Below are positions 21,401 through 31,555 of a DNA stretch of 64,000 nt, one piece after another. This DNA comes from Microcoleus sp. Its GTDB lineage: Bacteria > Cyanobacteriota > Cyanobacteriia > Cyanobacteriales > Microcoleaceae. Positions within the stretch are counted from its first letter, which is position 1; each line of letters starts with the position of its first letter. The notes beneath the pieces were generated by a model. The model saw only the letters and a list, made by a program, of their open reading frames with translations, ran no database searches and was not told the DNA's origin. The stretch covers positions 3,232,001 to 3,296,000 of the forward strand of contig CP181291.1 of NCBI GenBank assembly GCA_052279835.1, written 5' to 3'. A program made the position numbers and the translations under genes.

Positions 21401-22462
21401 TTAATCCCGACTGTGAGTCGCTCCATTCGGCAAAATTGCGCCGCCCAAAGCCGCTTCATTTAAATTAGCAACATTCAAACTCGCCCCAATCAAATTAGCC
21501 TCAGATAAATTAGTTCCTGTTAAATTTGCTCCCGCCAGAGAACTGAGCAGCAAACCAGCTCCCGACAAATTAGCACCACTCAAATTCGCCCCGCGCAAAT
21601 CCGCTTCCAGCAAGCTAGCACCCGACAAATTAGCACCGCTTAAATTAGCTCCCCGCAAAGCAGCTTTGTTCAAATTCGCACCCCTCAAATTAGCATTGTG
21701 CAGAATCAAACCATTTAAATTAGCTTTACTCAAATTAGCGCCTTGCAAATCAGCACCATTCAAATTAGATCCATTCAAATTAGCAGATTGTAAGTCAGCA
21801 CCGCTCAAGTCAGCACCGCTCAAATTAGCCGCGCACATACAAACTTCTCGCAGACTTGCTTCGCTCAAAGAAGCTCCCACCAAATTAATACCGCCAAGAT
21901 TGCCGCGATTTATATAAGCTCGAATCAGAGTTGCACCGCTGAGGTTAGCCCCGCTCAAATCTATTTCGCTCATAATGGCTCTAATGAGATTTGCTTTGCT
22001 CAAATCAACTCCACTCATAATGGCTCGACTCAGCGTCGCCCCGCTCAAATTAGCCTCAGTTAGTTTGGAGCCACTGAGCATACAAGCTCCCAGTAAACTG
22101 GCTCCAGTCAGAATAGCTCTGCTCCAGTCAGCCTGAGACAATATGGCTCCGCTGAGATTGGCACCGCTAAAATCTGCTCCATTCGCCATCGTTCCAGTTA
22201 AACTAGAACTGCCGAGATTCGCTTCAATCAGTTTCGCCTTAGATAAATTAGCGCCGCTCAAGTCGGCTCCGTTTAAATTAGCTCCAATCAGTTTGCTTTT
22301 AATTAAGTTAGCACCTTTCAAATTAGCATTGCTCAAATTGGTCCGACTGAGATTAGCTTCGCTGAGATTAGCTTTAATGAGGTTAGCACCTCGAAAATCT
22401 CTTTCTCCGTTTCTATGTCTAATTAAAAATTCATCAGCACTTAACTGTTCAGTGGAATTCAT
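21401..22462 (-). CDS. Pentapeptide repeat protein
   Basis: GERDFRGANL followed by a long run of A(N/D)Lxx repeats; ends AILPNG. Confidence 0.95.
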   Translation of the reverse strand: MNSTEQLSADEFLIRHRNGERDFRGANLIKANLSEANLSRTNLSNANLKGANLIKSKLIGANLNGADLSGANLSKAKLIEANLGSSSLTGTMANGADFSGANLSGAILSQADWSRAILTGASLLGACMLSGSKLTEANLSGATLSRAIMSGVDLSKANLIRAIMSEIDLSGANLSGATLIRAYINRGNLGGINLVGASLSEASLREVCMCAANLSGADLSGADLQSANLNGSNLNGADLQGANLSKANLNGLILHNANLRGANLNKAALRGANLSGANLSGASLLEADLRGANLSGANLSGAGLLLSSLAGANLTGTNLSEANLIGASLNVANLNEAALGGAILPNGATHSRD

Positions 22463-23727
22463 AAAAAAATTGAGTGAGTTTCCTTGCTTTCTCGATTCGA
22501 TGTTCTATGCAGTCTGAAAAATTCGTAGTTTCGAGGTTGCCAGTATTTTTTTAAACAAATACTTACTGCAACAGCAAAAATCGCAAAAACTGGTAGATTC
22601 CCAGCAGCATCCTGCGAGGGAATTGAGAATTTTGTTAATAGTTAGTTTTCGGTCGTTATGAGTTAATTAGTTATTAGTGATTAGTTGTATTTTTTACTAA
22701 CTGCTAACTGCTAACTATTAACTACTAACCATTTACCAAAATACTTAGTAGTTGTCGATCGCGCCTAGGAGCGATCGAGTATTTGGGGTATCGGTGGTGG
22801 CACAGAGGCCACATTCTGACCCGAAAAATTGCTGCTACAGGCGATCGATATTAGTCCCAGAAACCCTCAAGAGAGTAGAGCTTAAACACTTCTACCTTGT
22901 AGCATCTGCTTGATACCTTCGAGAACCAGTGACAGCAGCACCCGGTCAGCTCAGCTAGTGTCACCTCCCCCCACTGTGCATAGTGCCAGTGAAAGCCAAC
23001 AGGAAGGCTCTTTCCCTCTGAGTTCTGAGCCGGTCACAAACGAAGGAAGCAACAGGCTATCCCTCGCCTGCAATTTCGCATAAAGACTCTCCGCGAGCCA
23101 TTTCCGTGCTCCCGCGCTGATGTGCTTGCTGTTAATCTTGATTCGATCCATGAGCGCTTGCGGTTCTAATTAACAGAACACCTGACACTAGACGCACTCT
23201 CGGACATCATAGCTGTTCCTGGGCTTCTCAAATGCTTCGCTGAGGCATTCCCAGGAAAACTGTATTCCTGTAGCAGGTCTTGCCAACGGCAATTAGGCTG
23301 CTCCATCCAACCAATTGCCAACCTAAGTGTTGGGGGAATCTGTTCTAGAGCCCTCAATCTTGGCTGGCGACGACAATATTGTTTTAATAGTTGCCGACCA
23401 CCGCAGACCTTACTCGGCGCGTGGGACTGGACTACTTCACATCTATAAGTTGCTGAAATTAGTGGCCCCATAACTTAAAGATAGTCGCGATCGATGAACC
23501 GAGCAATATCTGCTGTAAGGTATGCCGTGTAGTTAAATCATACTCCGTCCTTAGCAAGTAAGCAGTAGTGAGTGTTACAGACACAAAATTATGACCAATG
23601 TGGTGTATAAAAATTAATGTTAAGAATTAATTTGACTGTGGAGCGGCTGGTCGGGAACAGGGATTAGCCCAGTCCACGACACAAATCCAAATCGCACTGT
23701 GGAAAAGCAGTTTTTTTTACTTTCCAT

Positions 23728-23772
23728 AAAAAATCCCAAGTCGGCAATTTATCTGAAATTGCCGACTTGGGA
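23728..23772 (-). terminator. Rho-independent terminator of the stress-protein gene
   Basis: 17-bp stem TCCCAAGTCGGCAATTT/AAATTGCCGACTTGGGA followed by a T-run on the minus strand. Confidence 0.8.
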
Positions 23773-23816
23773 GATGATTTTGCGGTTAAATATCTATTCG
23801 CAAAAGCTGAGTTCAC

Positions 23817-25026
23817 TTACAGGCGACTGTTGCTAGTAACACCCTGATTTGGGTCATAAATATGAGGAGTGGTCTCAACTCCAGGAGCGCCGGGAACACC
23901 GTAGTCAGTGCGAGCATTATCCACGCTGGGATAATCGTAGATGCCCAAGTTCTGAACACCTCCCTTGTTGAGAATCGTTTCGGCTTTGGCGACTTCTGCT
24001 TCACTACCGTTGAGCAGTACCAGATAGTCTCCGCGAGATACCCGCTCGCTGTATGCTTTAGCTTCATCTTCGGGAATTCCCAAACCAGCTAGGGCTCCGA
24101 TCAAACTACCTGCTGTGGCACCCAAAGCAGTACCGGCCAGTGTAGTCGCAATCGCCGTAGCTTCAGCACCCGCCAACATAATCGGTCCAATACCGGGAAT
24201 GGCCAACAAGCCCAGACCCTACCAACAAACCAGTCAAACCGCCCAAAGCGCCACCGGTGAGAGCGCCCTTAGTAGCACCTTCATCAGCCTTATTGTCCGC
24301 GCCCTCTTTGACATCAATACCTGCAATTTCGCCCTTAGAGTCGGCATCCTTAGCGATGACCGAAACCCGATCCATATCGAAACCAGCAGCTCTAAGCTCT
24401 GTGAGCGCTTGTTCCGTCTCACGTCTGGTAGAAAATACGCCCACAGCGCGCTTGTGGCGGCCCGAAGCTTTACGGTGAGTGTCTACCGGTATATCGTAAA
24501 TACCCCAATCTTGAATACCCCGGACACTGAAAATTCCTTCAGCGGTAGCAATTTCCTCATCGGTACCTTCTACGAATACCAAATATTCTCCACGGGAAAT
24601 GCGATCGCTATAAATTTTAGCTTTGTCATCTGGAACTCCCAAACCTACCAAACCGCCAACTAAACCTCCCGCAGCGGCCCCAATCGCGCCTCCGACAGCA
24701 GTGTCAGCCAGCAAAGTTGCCAGAGCTCCCCCAGCCATCACAGGGCCAACTCCCGGAATCGCCAGCGCACCAATGCTTCCGAGCAAACCAATCAAACCCC
24801 CAGTCACAACTCCCGCCGTCGCCCCTGCTTTCGCGCCACCGGCAACTTGGTCATCGGTACTCTTACCCGCAGTCGCACCTGCGATTTTGCCTCCCTCCAG
24901 ATTTTCGCCCACTACCGAAACTCTATTCATCGGAAACCCTGCACTTTGTAGTTCCATGAGAGCGAGTTCAGTATCTCGGTAATTAGAAAATACTCCTACA
25001 GCCCGTTTGTGTTGACCTAAAGCCAT
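23817..25026 (-). pseudogene. General stress protein with tandem glycine-zipper modules (DUF1269/17M-like); single frameshift at 24217-24219
   Basis: Two HKRAVGVFS...AIPG(V/I)GP...GLG(V/I)P modules. ORFs 24163-25026 and 23817-24209 join (LLVGLGLLAIPGIGP) if one G of GTAGGGTCTG is removed. May be a sequencing error. Confidence 0.82.
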
Positions 25027-25351
25027 TTTTTTTCTCCTTCAAAATATTCTAGTTTTAACTTGTCAACAACTACAGAATTTAATTTCTGTTTGCTGCTATT
25101 AATATAAATTAAGTCATTTTTTACCTAACAAATTCATCGCTCGTTGGACATAACTTGCTTCTGTATCTTCCGACCGATATTCAATGGTTTTCCACGGAGT
25201 AAATCCATCTCTCCATTAGAGATTTAAAAGTAAAGAATTTGCTCATTTTATGCTGAGTAACCAGGATTGAGATAAACAAAAAAAGTCCCAGGAGAAGGGG
25301 ACTCATAAATCTAGGGGATATTCAAGTCTGATTTGGTATTACTACTGAAGC

Positions 25352-25816
25352 TTATTTGGCTGTAGCCGGGGCAACAACTGCGGTAACATTCACTGTTTTG
25401 ACACCCTTAATCTGTTTAGCCAAGGGTTCAATTTTAGCTAAATCTTGTTGGTTTGGAACTGTTCCTCCGATGGTAACTGCCCCATCTTTGGCATCCACAG
25501 TTAGCTGACCTTTCGTAATATTGACTTCCAACTTAGAGCGCACTTCACTTTTGAGGTCGCCGTCGGCTCTAATGGCATCGCCACCTGTCACATTGTTGCG
25601 CTGTTCTCGCGCCCTAATATCAGAATTAGCTTGGGCTTTGCGAATATCGCTAGTTGCGTCGCCCTGAGTTTTTTTGACTGTCTCGGCTGCGGGAGGACTA
25701 GCCGTAGTTTGTGTGGCGGAATTAGGAGCATCAGCGCTAGTTTTTGCACCTTCACTGCAAGCTACTGCTCCAAATAAAAGAATGCCGCCGATCAAAAATG
25801 GTGTTATTTTGTTCAT
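25352..25816 (-). CDS. BON domain lipoprotein
   Basis: Lipobox GAVAC; DLKSEVRSKLE..LTVDAKDGAVTIGGTV..IKGVKTV. Confidence 0.88.
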   Translation of the reverse strand: MNKITPFLIGGILLFGAVACSEGAKTSADAPNSATQTTASPPAAETVKKTQGDATSDIRKAQANSDIRAREQRNNVTGGDAIRADGDLKSEVRSKLEVNITKGQLTVDAKDGAVTIGGTVPNQQDLAKIEPLAKQIKGVKTVNVTAVVAPATAK

Positions 25817-26021
25817 AATATTTGAATACCCAACAGGTAAGTTTTAGGTGATAGGACTGATTCTTTGGCTTTTGTGGGTGGAATTTAAAAAACCTTATCT
25901 TTAATAATAAATATCTTTGTAAATAGCTACATCGCTCTACAGGTGTAACTTTGTTCTATGTCGTTAGACATAGTAAAAAAAATCATGGAGCCAGGATGGG
26001 GATAATTTTGATATATTTGAA

Positions 26022-26178
26022 GTAATGGGTAATTGGTAATGGGTAATTGGTAATGGGTAATTGGTAATTGGTAATTGGTAATGCCCAAGTGTCCCATGCC
26101 CCATTCCCCATACTTCGACAACGCTGGAGCCCAAGTGCCCCATGCCCCATTACCCATTACCCATTACCCATTACCTAG
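26022..26178. repeat. Inverted STRR heptamer arrays (GGTAATT/GGTAATG vs CCCATTA/CCCCATG) with a short insert
   Basis: Tandem 7-mers in opposite orientations; ACTTCGACAACGCTGGAGCCCAAGT at 26112-26136 interrupts them. Confidence 0.85.
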
Positions 26179-26255
26179 TACCCACCTAACTGAGAAAGGC
26201 TATAGATTGTTTGCTCGCCTAAAATATCTGTAAAACCCGCCCGGAATTATCTCAA

Positions 26256-27020
26256 CTATCTCGTGACGCATTGTCCGCCCACGACTACCCGACACTGATT
26301 TCGGCTATCATCAATCCGAGCCGAATCTAAATTCCTAGTGCGCGGGTTATAGTAATAATCTCCCTGGGGATAATCGCGAGTTGGTATGGCACAATAAGTC
26401 GTATCTCCATCATCAAACCTTACTCTCACCAGAGAACGTCTCTGGTTACAGTCCACAGCCCGCAAACCCAAATCATCTCGCAAAATCTGTTCTCCGTCGT
26501 ACCTGTTGTTATTATCTCTCCGATTGGAGCGCCCGTTATTGTTCCTGTTGTCCCGCCAATCCCTAGCCCTTCTGTCACCCTGAATTCCAGAAACTTCCAA
26601 CGTATAATTTCCGCCCCTGGTAGCATCTTTTGCTAACACTAACAGTCGATAATCGCCACTACGGGGAATCTGATAATTAAAAGAAGTCTCTTGGGTAAAA
26701 GCTACTTGTTTGTTATTGCCGTAAAACAGCACCATTACAGGAGTAAAACCGCCACTTCTGTTAGTGTTTAAATAAACTTGGATATCATCGCCTTCGTTAG
26801 CAGTGAAAGTGTATTCTTGACCGCGTAATTCTTCGGTTGGTGATCCTGGTACCCACATATTTCGGAACCGGTAGATGGTGGATGTGCGACGAATTACTCC
26901 GTCGAGGCGATCGCCATTGCTGATTTGTTCAGCCCCAGCACCTGGTGAAATTCCAGTGAGTGCTAATCCTGCAACTAGCACAGCGGCGGTAATATTTTTT
27001 AACAATTTGTCTGTTTTCAT
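26256..27020 (-). CDS. Hypothetical exported protein with a PPC-like beta domain
   Basis: GAGGTG RBS, signal peptide, YTFTANEGD..SGDYRLLV..GNYTLEV, Arg/Asn-rich linker, Cys-containing C-terminus. Confidence 0.7.
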   Translation of the reverse strand: MKTDKLLKNITAAVLVAGLALTGISPGAGAEQISNGDRLDGVIRRTSTIYRFRNMWVPGSPTEELRGQEYTFTANEGDDIQVYLNTNRSGGFTPVMVLFYGNNKQVAFTQETSFNYQIPRSGDYRLLVLAKDATRGGNYTLEVSGIQGDRRARDWRDNRNNNGRSNRRDNNNRYDGEQILRDDLGLRAVDCNQRRSLVRVRFDDGDTTYCAIPTRDYPQGDYYYNPRTRNLDSARIDDSRNQCRVVVGGQCVTR

Positions 27021-27248
27021 ATTCACCTCTTTGGGTAATTTTTTAATTTTTTTGGCTGTGTTTACACCGACATTTGCACAGATCAAGGCGGTAATGGATC
27101 GTCGATAAAAGACTACATTTTAAATATACTTTCGCTCATCCAGTTTCAACCTCACCCAACAGGACTATTTAGCTACTGCAAAGTGCGATCGCTCAGAATT
27201 TAGCACAAAGGTGGTTAATTATTGTTCATCCTATCTAAACAGTAATTT

Positions 27249-28157
27249 TTACCCGCAAATGAGCACTCCCGATTCAGCATCGAGATTTGCCATAATTCCC
27301 ATTGGTAAAGCAGCGTTAACTCCGTCGTGTCCAAAGGGTAAATCCGAGACAATGGGAATATTTAAGTCACCCAGGCGATCGCGCAAAACTTCTTCTACAC
27401 TAAAACTGGGAATCTGCGGGTCAATCTCGCAACGACTAAAACGTCCCAAAGCAATCCCCTGCACCCCTATAAAAGCCCCCGCCATCCGCCACTGAGTCAA
27501 CATTCGATCGATCCTGTAAGGAGCCTCTGAAACATCCTCAAAGGCCAGAATCACCCCGGTTAAATCCGGTTGATAGGGGGTTCCGAGCAAATGAGTAGCC
27601 ACCGTCAGATTCGCGGGAAACAGCCTCCCCGTAGCTTTTCGACCACCCCATCCCTTACCTTGTAAAGATGGTAACGGACGACCTTCTACATAGTCAAAAA
27701 GACGATCGACAGACCAATCAGGTTCCAGGCCCAAAGTAGTCAGCAGTGGCCCGTGAACGCCCGAAATACCTAATTTATCGTGATTCCAGAGCAAAGCCGT
27801 AATATCTGAAAAGCCAATCAGCCATTTCGGAGAATGGGAATCAGGAAATGGCGATTGAGTATTTTTTGCCAATTTTCCTGTTTCCAAAAGTCGAGTGCTG
27901 CCGAAACCTCCGCGCACGCATAGAATACCGCGACAATCTGGGTCCTTAAGGGCATCTGTGAGTTGTTGGAGTCTGTTTTCGTCAGAACCAGCCAAATAGC
28001 CCCAGCGATCGTCAAAACCGGGACTTAATTCAACTCGATAGCCGCGGGATTTCCAAATTTCTACACCACGTTCAAAGTTAGTTAATTCTCGCAAAGTACC
28101 ACTAGGGGAAATTACTCTCAGCAAATCTCCTGGTTGTAGAAACTCTATGTTACTCAT
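27249..28157 (-). CDS. ldcA: LD-carboxypeptidase (peptidase S66)
   Basis: VISPS, YLAGSD, RGGFG, IGFSDITAL, FEDVSE, FGH. Confidence 0.9.
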   Translation of the reverse strand: MSNIEFLQPGDLLRVISPSGTLRELTNFERGVEIWKSRGYRVELSPGFDDRWGYLAGSDENRLQQLTDALKDPDCRGILCVRGGFGSTRLLETGKLAKNTQSPFPDSHSPKWLIGFSDITALLWNHDKLGISGVHGPLLTTLGLEPDWSVDRLFDYVEGRPLPSLQGKGWGGRKATGRLFPANLTVATHLLGTPYQPDLTGVILAFEDVSEAPYRIDRMLTQWRMAGAFIGVQGIALGRFSRCEIDPQIPSFSVEEVLRDRLGDLNIPIVSDLPFGHDGVNAALPMGIMANLDAESGVLICG

Positions 28158-28213
28158 TGGTGATTGGTGATTTGTGATTTTTATATTATTCAGGATTTAC
28201 AAATCCCTATTTT

Positions 28214-28297
28214 GCATAGGCGAAGCATGACCGCAGACAATTTATTAGTTATAACCAGAGATTTACAGCCGTCATGCTTCGCCCCTAGGAATATATT
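28214..28297 (+). repeat. REPIN-like repeat copy C
   Basis: GGCGAAGCATGAC-core-GTCATGCTTCGCC. Confidence 0.85.
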
Positions 28298-28322
28298 GGC
28301 ACTCATTGAGATGCACCCGGAT

Positions 28323-29603
28323 TTACAAATCCCGATGACTAAACTTTTGAGACTGATTTCCCACATAACTAGCGGCAATATGGCCATCTCCCACCACTCG
28401 GTACTTGTACGTCACCAATCCCTCTAAACCAACAGGCCCGCGAGGTGGCATTTGCTGCGTGCTAATCCCAACTTCTGCACCAAAACCGTAGCGGAAACCA
28501 TCGGCAAATCGAGTGGAACAATTGTGATAAACTCCGGCTGCATCTACTCTATCTAAAAAGGTTTCGGCGGCTTCGCTATCTTCGGTGACAATTACATCTG
28601 TGTGTCGGGAACCGTAGGTATTGATGTGATTAATTGCTGCTTCCACAGAATCTACTATTTTGATTGACAAAATTAAATCGCTATATTCTGTAGACCAATC
28701 TGTTTCTGTAGCTGGGGCAATATCCAAGATTTCACGAGTTTTTTCGTCTCCCCGCAGTTCGACTTTTTTCTCCTGCAAGGCTGCGGCTACTAAAGGGAGA
28801 AATTTGGGAGCGATCGCACTGTGAACCAACATAGTTTCAATGGCATTACAGGCTGCCGGATACTGAGTTTTGGCATCGACGGCAATAGGAATTGCTTTGT
28901 GAATATCCGCAGCTTGGTCTGCATACAAATGACAAATTCCGTCGGCGTGTCCCAAGACGGGAATTCTGGTGTTTTCCTGCACGAACTGGACAAAAGAGTT
29001 GGAGCCTCTGGGAATAATTAAATCTATATATTTATCCATCTTTAGCAATTCGATTGTTTCTTCCCGCGTGGTTAGTAACTGCACAACCTGGGGATTGACT
29101 ACGGTTTCTGCTAAGGCTTGTTGAATGACTTTTGTGAGTATTTCGCAGGAACGGACTGCCTCTTTGCCACCTTTGAGAATCACGCCATTTCCTGATTTGA
29201 TTGCCAAGGATACTATCTGAATTAAAGCTTCGGGACGGGCTTCAAAAATAATTCCTAAAACGCCCAAAGGACAGGTAACGCGCTTCAGAATCAATCCTGC
29301 ATCCAATTCCCGGTGAATTTGCACGACACCGATCGGGTCTGGCAGTTTGGCAACGTCCCGCACACCGGCGATCGCACTTTTCAACTTCACCTCATCTAAC
29401 TTCAGGCGATCGTACAACGGTTTAGCAATGCCCTCGGCCTGAGCGGCTTGGCAATCTGCCACATTTGCCGCCACAATAGAGGGCGCAGCAACTTCTAAAG
29501 CTTTAGCAATAGCTTCAATAGCTTGATTTTTGGCATCCGCGGACAAAACGGCTAACTTTCTAGCAGCTTGGCGGGTGGTTTGGGCAATTTGGGCGATCGA
29601 CAT
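28323..29603 (-). CDS. proA: Gamma-glutamyl phosphate reductase
   Basis: [55 protein letters not shown]. Confidence 0.96.
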   Translation of the reverse strand: MSIAQIAQTTRQAARKLAVLSADAKNQAIEAIAKALEVAAPSIVAANVADCQAAQAEGIAKPLYDRLKLDEVKLKSAIAGVRDVAKLPDPIGVVQIHRELDAGLILKRVTCPLGVLGIIFEARPEALIQIVSLAIKSGNGVILKGGKEAVRSCEILTKVIQQALAETVVNPQVVQLLTTREETIELLKMDKYIDLIIPRGSNSFVQFVQENTRIPVLGHADGICHLYADQAADIHKAIPIAVDAKTQYPAACNAIETMLVHSAIAPKFLPLVAAALQEKKVELRGDEKTREILDIAPATETDWSTEYSDLILSIKIVDSVEAAINHINTYGSRHTDVIVTEDSEAAETFLDRVDAAGVYHNCSTRFADGFRYGFGAEVGISTQQMPPRGPVGLEGLVTYKYRVVGDGHIAASYVGNQSQKFSHRDL

Positions 29604-29777
29604 AACAGTAACTTGTCAAAAAATTATTATACTCAGTTTCTATTTTAACAAAACTAGAACAAATTCTATACTTTTGTTGAGAATCTGTACAACATTCCGA
29701 AGTTACAGGCTAAAACAGTGAAGTATATACAAAGCATGACGGACATTCCTCTTTTAAAATAACCTTTGGAGATTATT

Positions 29778-31490
29778 ATGTCTTCTCAATCCCGTTTACA
29801 CAAGACAGGAAGAGCTGCCAAAGCTGGTGTTAAGCTGGTACAAAAAACGGGAGGAAATCTCGTTTTAGCTTCCGGTGTCACCATCACCTTGCTATTAGGT
29901 ATGGTGTTAGCCTTATCCTTAGCGGCAGTTTTCATTATCAATAGTCCCGATCCAGTAACCGGATTGGTGATCGCACTTCCGATTACGCTAATTTTCAACA
30001 TCGCCGCTTTTTTCTTCTCACCTTGGTTAATGGACTTAACCCAAAACTGGCTTTACAATACTCGGTGGGTTTCCCTAGCAGAAATTGAAGACAAAAGTCC
30101 TGAAACAGCGAAAGTTATTCAGAAAGTTTGTCAGCAGCACAAATTGAAGCAACCACGGTTAGGAATTATCGACGACCAAAACCCCACTGCTTTTACCTAC
30201 GGTTCCTTTCCAAACAGCGCTCGCGTCGTCGTCAGTGAAGGTCTTTTTACCTATTTAGATGACGATGAAGTTGCCACTGTTTACGCCCACGAACTCGGTC
30301 ACATCGTCCACTGGGATTTTGCAGTCATGACTTTAGCTTCGACTTTAGTGCAGATTACTTATTTAATTTACACTACGGCTCACAGGCTCGGCAATAGGGG
30401 TGGGGAAAAAGTGAAAGATGCGGCCAGTTCCGTTGCCGCTGTGGCTTATTTGTTTTACATTGTCGGCACTTATTTGTTACTATACTTGTCGCGCACCAGG
30501 GAATATTTTGCTGACCATTTTGCTGCTGAAACTACTGGCAACCCCAATGCTTTGTCCCGCGCTTTAGTCAAAATTGCTTACGGGATTTTGGAAGAAGGAC
30601 AAAGGGCAACAGAACCCAGCCACTTATTAGAAGGAACTCGCGCTTTAGGCATTTACGATGCCAAAGCTGCCACATCTACAGGCACTGCTTACCGGATTTC
30701 TTCGGAACCAGAAAAGATTGGGCGGGTATTTTTGTGGGATATGTTTAATCCTTGGGCTTGGTGGATGGAGTTGAATTCGACTCACCCGCTGACTGGTAAA
30801 CGAGTTCGCGCTTTGAGCACCTATGCGGAACAATTAGGCTTAGATATTGAGTTTGATATGGGCAGGATTGTCGGCGAAGGCCACAATTTGAGCAAGCGGA
30901 AATTGTACGGCAATTTTGTTTTAGATTTGCTGCTTTACAGTGCAGAAATTGTGGGTTTGTCTGTTGGTTTTGCGATCGGCATTTCCCTGTTTGCACCCAA
31001 TCCAATGATGATGATTGCCTGTCCTTTAATCGGTTTGGGTACGGGGATTTTGCTGAAGACTTTGGTAATGTTCCCGACATACAACCAAGCAGAGAGTTTG
31101 GATGTTTTAACCTTAATGTCTGACCCCTATGCTAGTCCTTTGCGGGGTCAACCTGCGAAACTTCAGGGCGAATTAATTGGTCGCGGTGATGCTGGTTATG
31201 CTTTCGGTTCTGATTTGAAATTGCAAGATAGAACCGGGATGATTTATCTGCGTTATGCTTCTCGTTTTGGCCCGATTGGTAATTTTCTGTTTGGGATGAA
31301 ACGGGTGAAAAGTTTGATTGGGATGGAGGTTCAGGCTTTGGGTTGGTTCCGGCGCGGTGTCGCACCTTGGATGGATTTAATTCAGCTTGAAAGCGATAGC
31401 GGTACGACGGTTAATAGTTATCACCGCTTCTGGTCTTTGCTATTGGCTATTGGGGCGATCGCGATCGGTATTGCATCGCTATTTCTGTAA
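29778..31490 (+). CDS. HtpX-like zinc metalloprotease (M48)
   Basis: PTAFTYG, AHELGH, SRTREYFAD, STHP; several TM helices. Confidence 0.9.
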   Translation: MSSQSRLHKTGRAAKAGVKLVQKTGGNLVLASGVTITLLLGMVLALSLAAVFIINSPDPVTGLVIALPITLIFNIAAFFFSPWLMDLTQNWLYNTRWVSLAEIEDKSPETAKVIQKVCQQHKLKQPRLGIIDDQNPTAFTYGSFPNSARVVVSEGLFTYLDDDEVATVYAHELGHIVHWDFAVMTLASTLVQITYLIYTTAHRLGNRGGEKVKDAASSVAAVAYLFYIVGTYLLLYLSRTREYFADHFAAETTGNPNALSRALVKIAYGILEEGQRATEPSHLLEGTRALGIYDAKAATSTGTAYRISSEPEKIGRVFLWDMFNPWAWWMELNSTHPLTGKRVRALSTYAEQLGLDIEFDMGRIVGEGHNLSKRKLYGNFVLDLLLYSAEIVGLSVGFAIGISLFAPNPMMMIACPLIGLGTGILLKTLVMFPTYNQAESLDVLTLMSDPYASPLRGQPAKLQGELIGRGDAGYAFGSDLKLQDRTGMIYLRYASRFGPIGNFLFGMKRVKSLIGMEVQALGWFRRGVAPWMDLIQLESDSGTTVNSYHRFWSLLLAIGAIAIGIASLFL

Positions 31491-31555
31491 TTTCTCTTCT
31501 GTTAGCACTCCGACTTTTTTCATAAGTCGGGGTGCTGGTATTTGGCTTTTTTAGT

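Noticed and set aside
22951..23471. Two short minus-strand ORFs (66 and 101 aa)
   Set aside because: No motifs or clear RBS; not supportable as genes.
22770..23697. Group II intron starting GTGCGATT on the minus strand at 23697
   Set aside because: No recognisable domain V or VI, no RT ORF and no interrupted gene.
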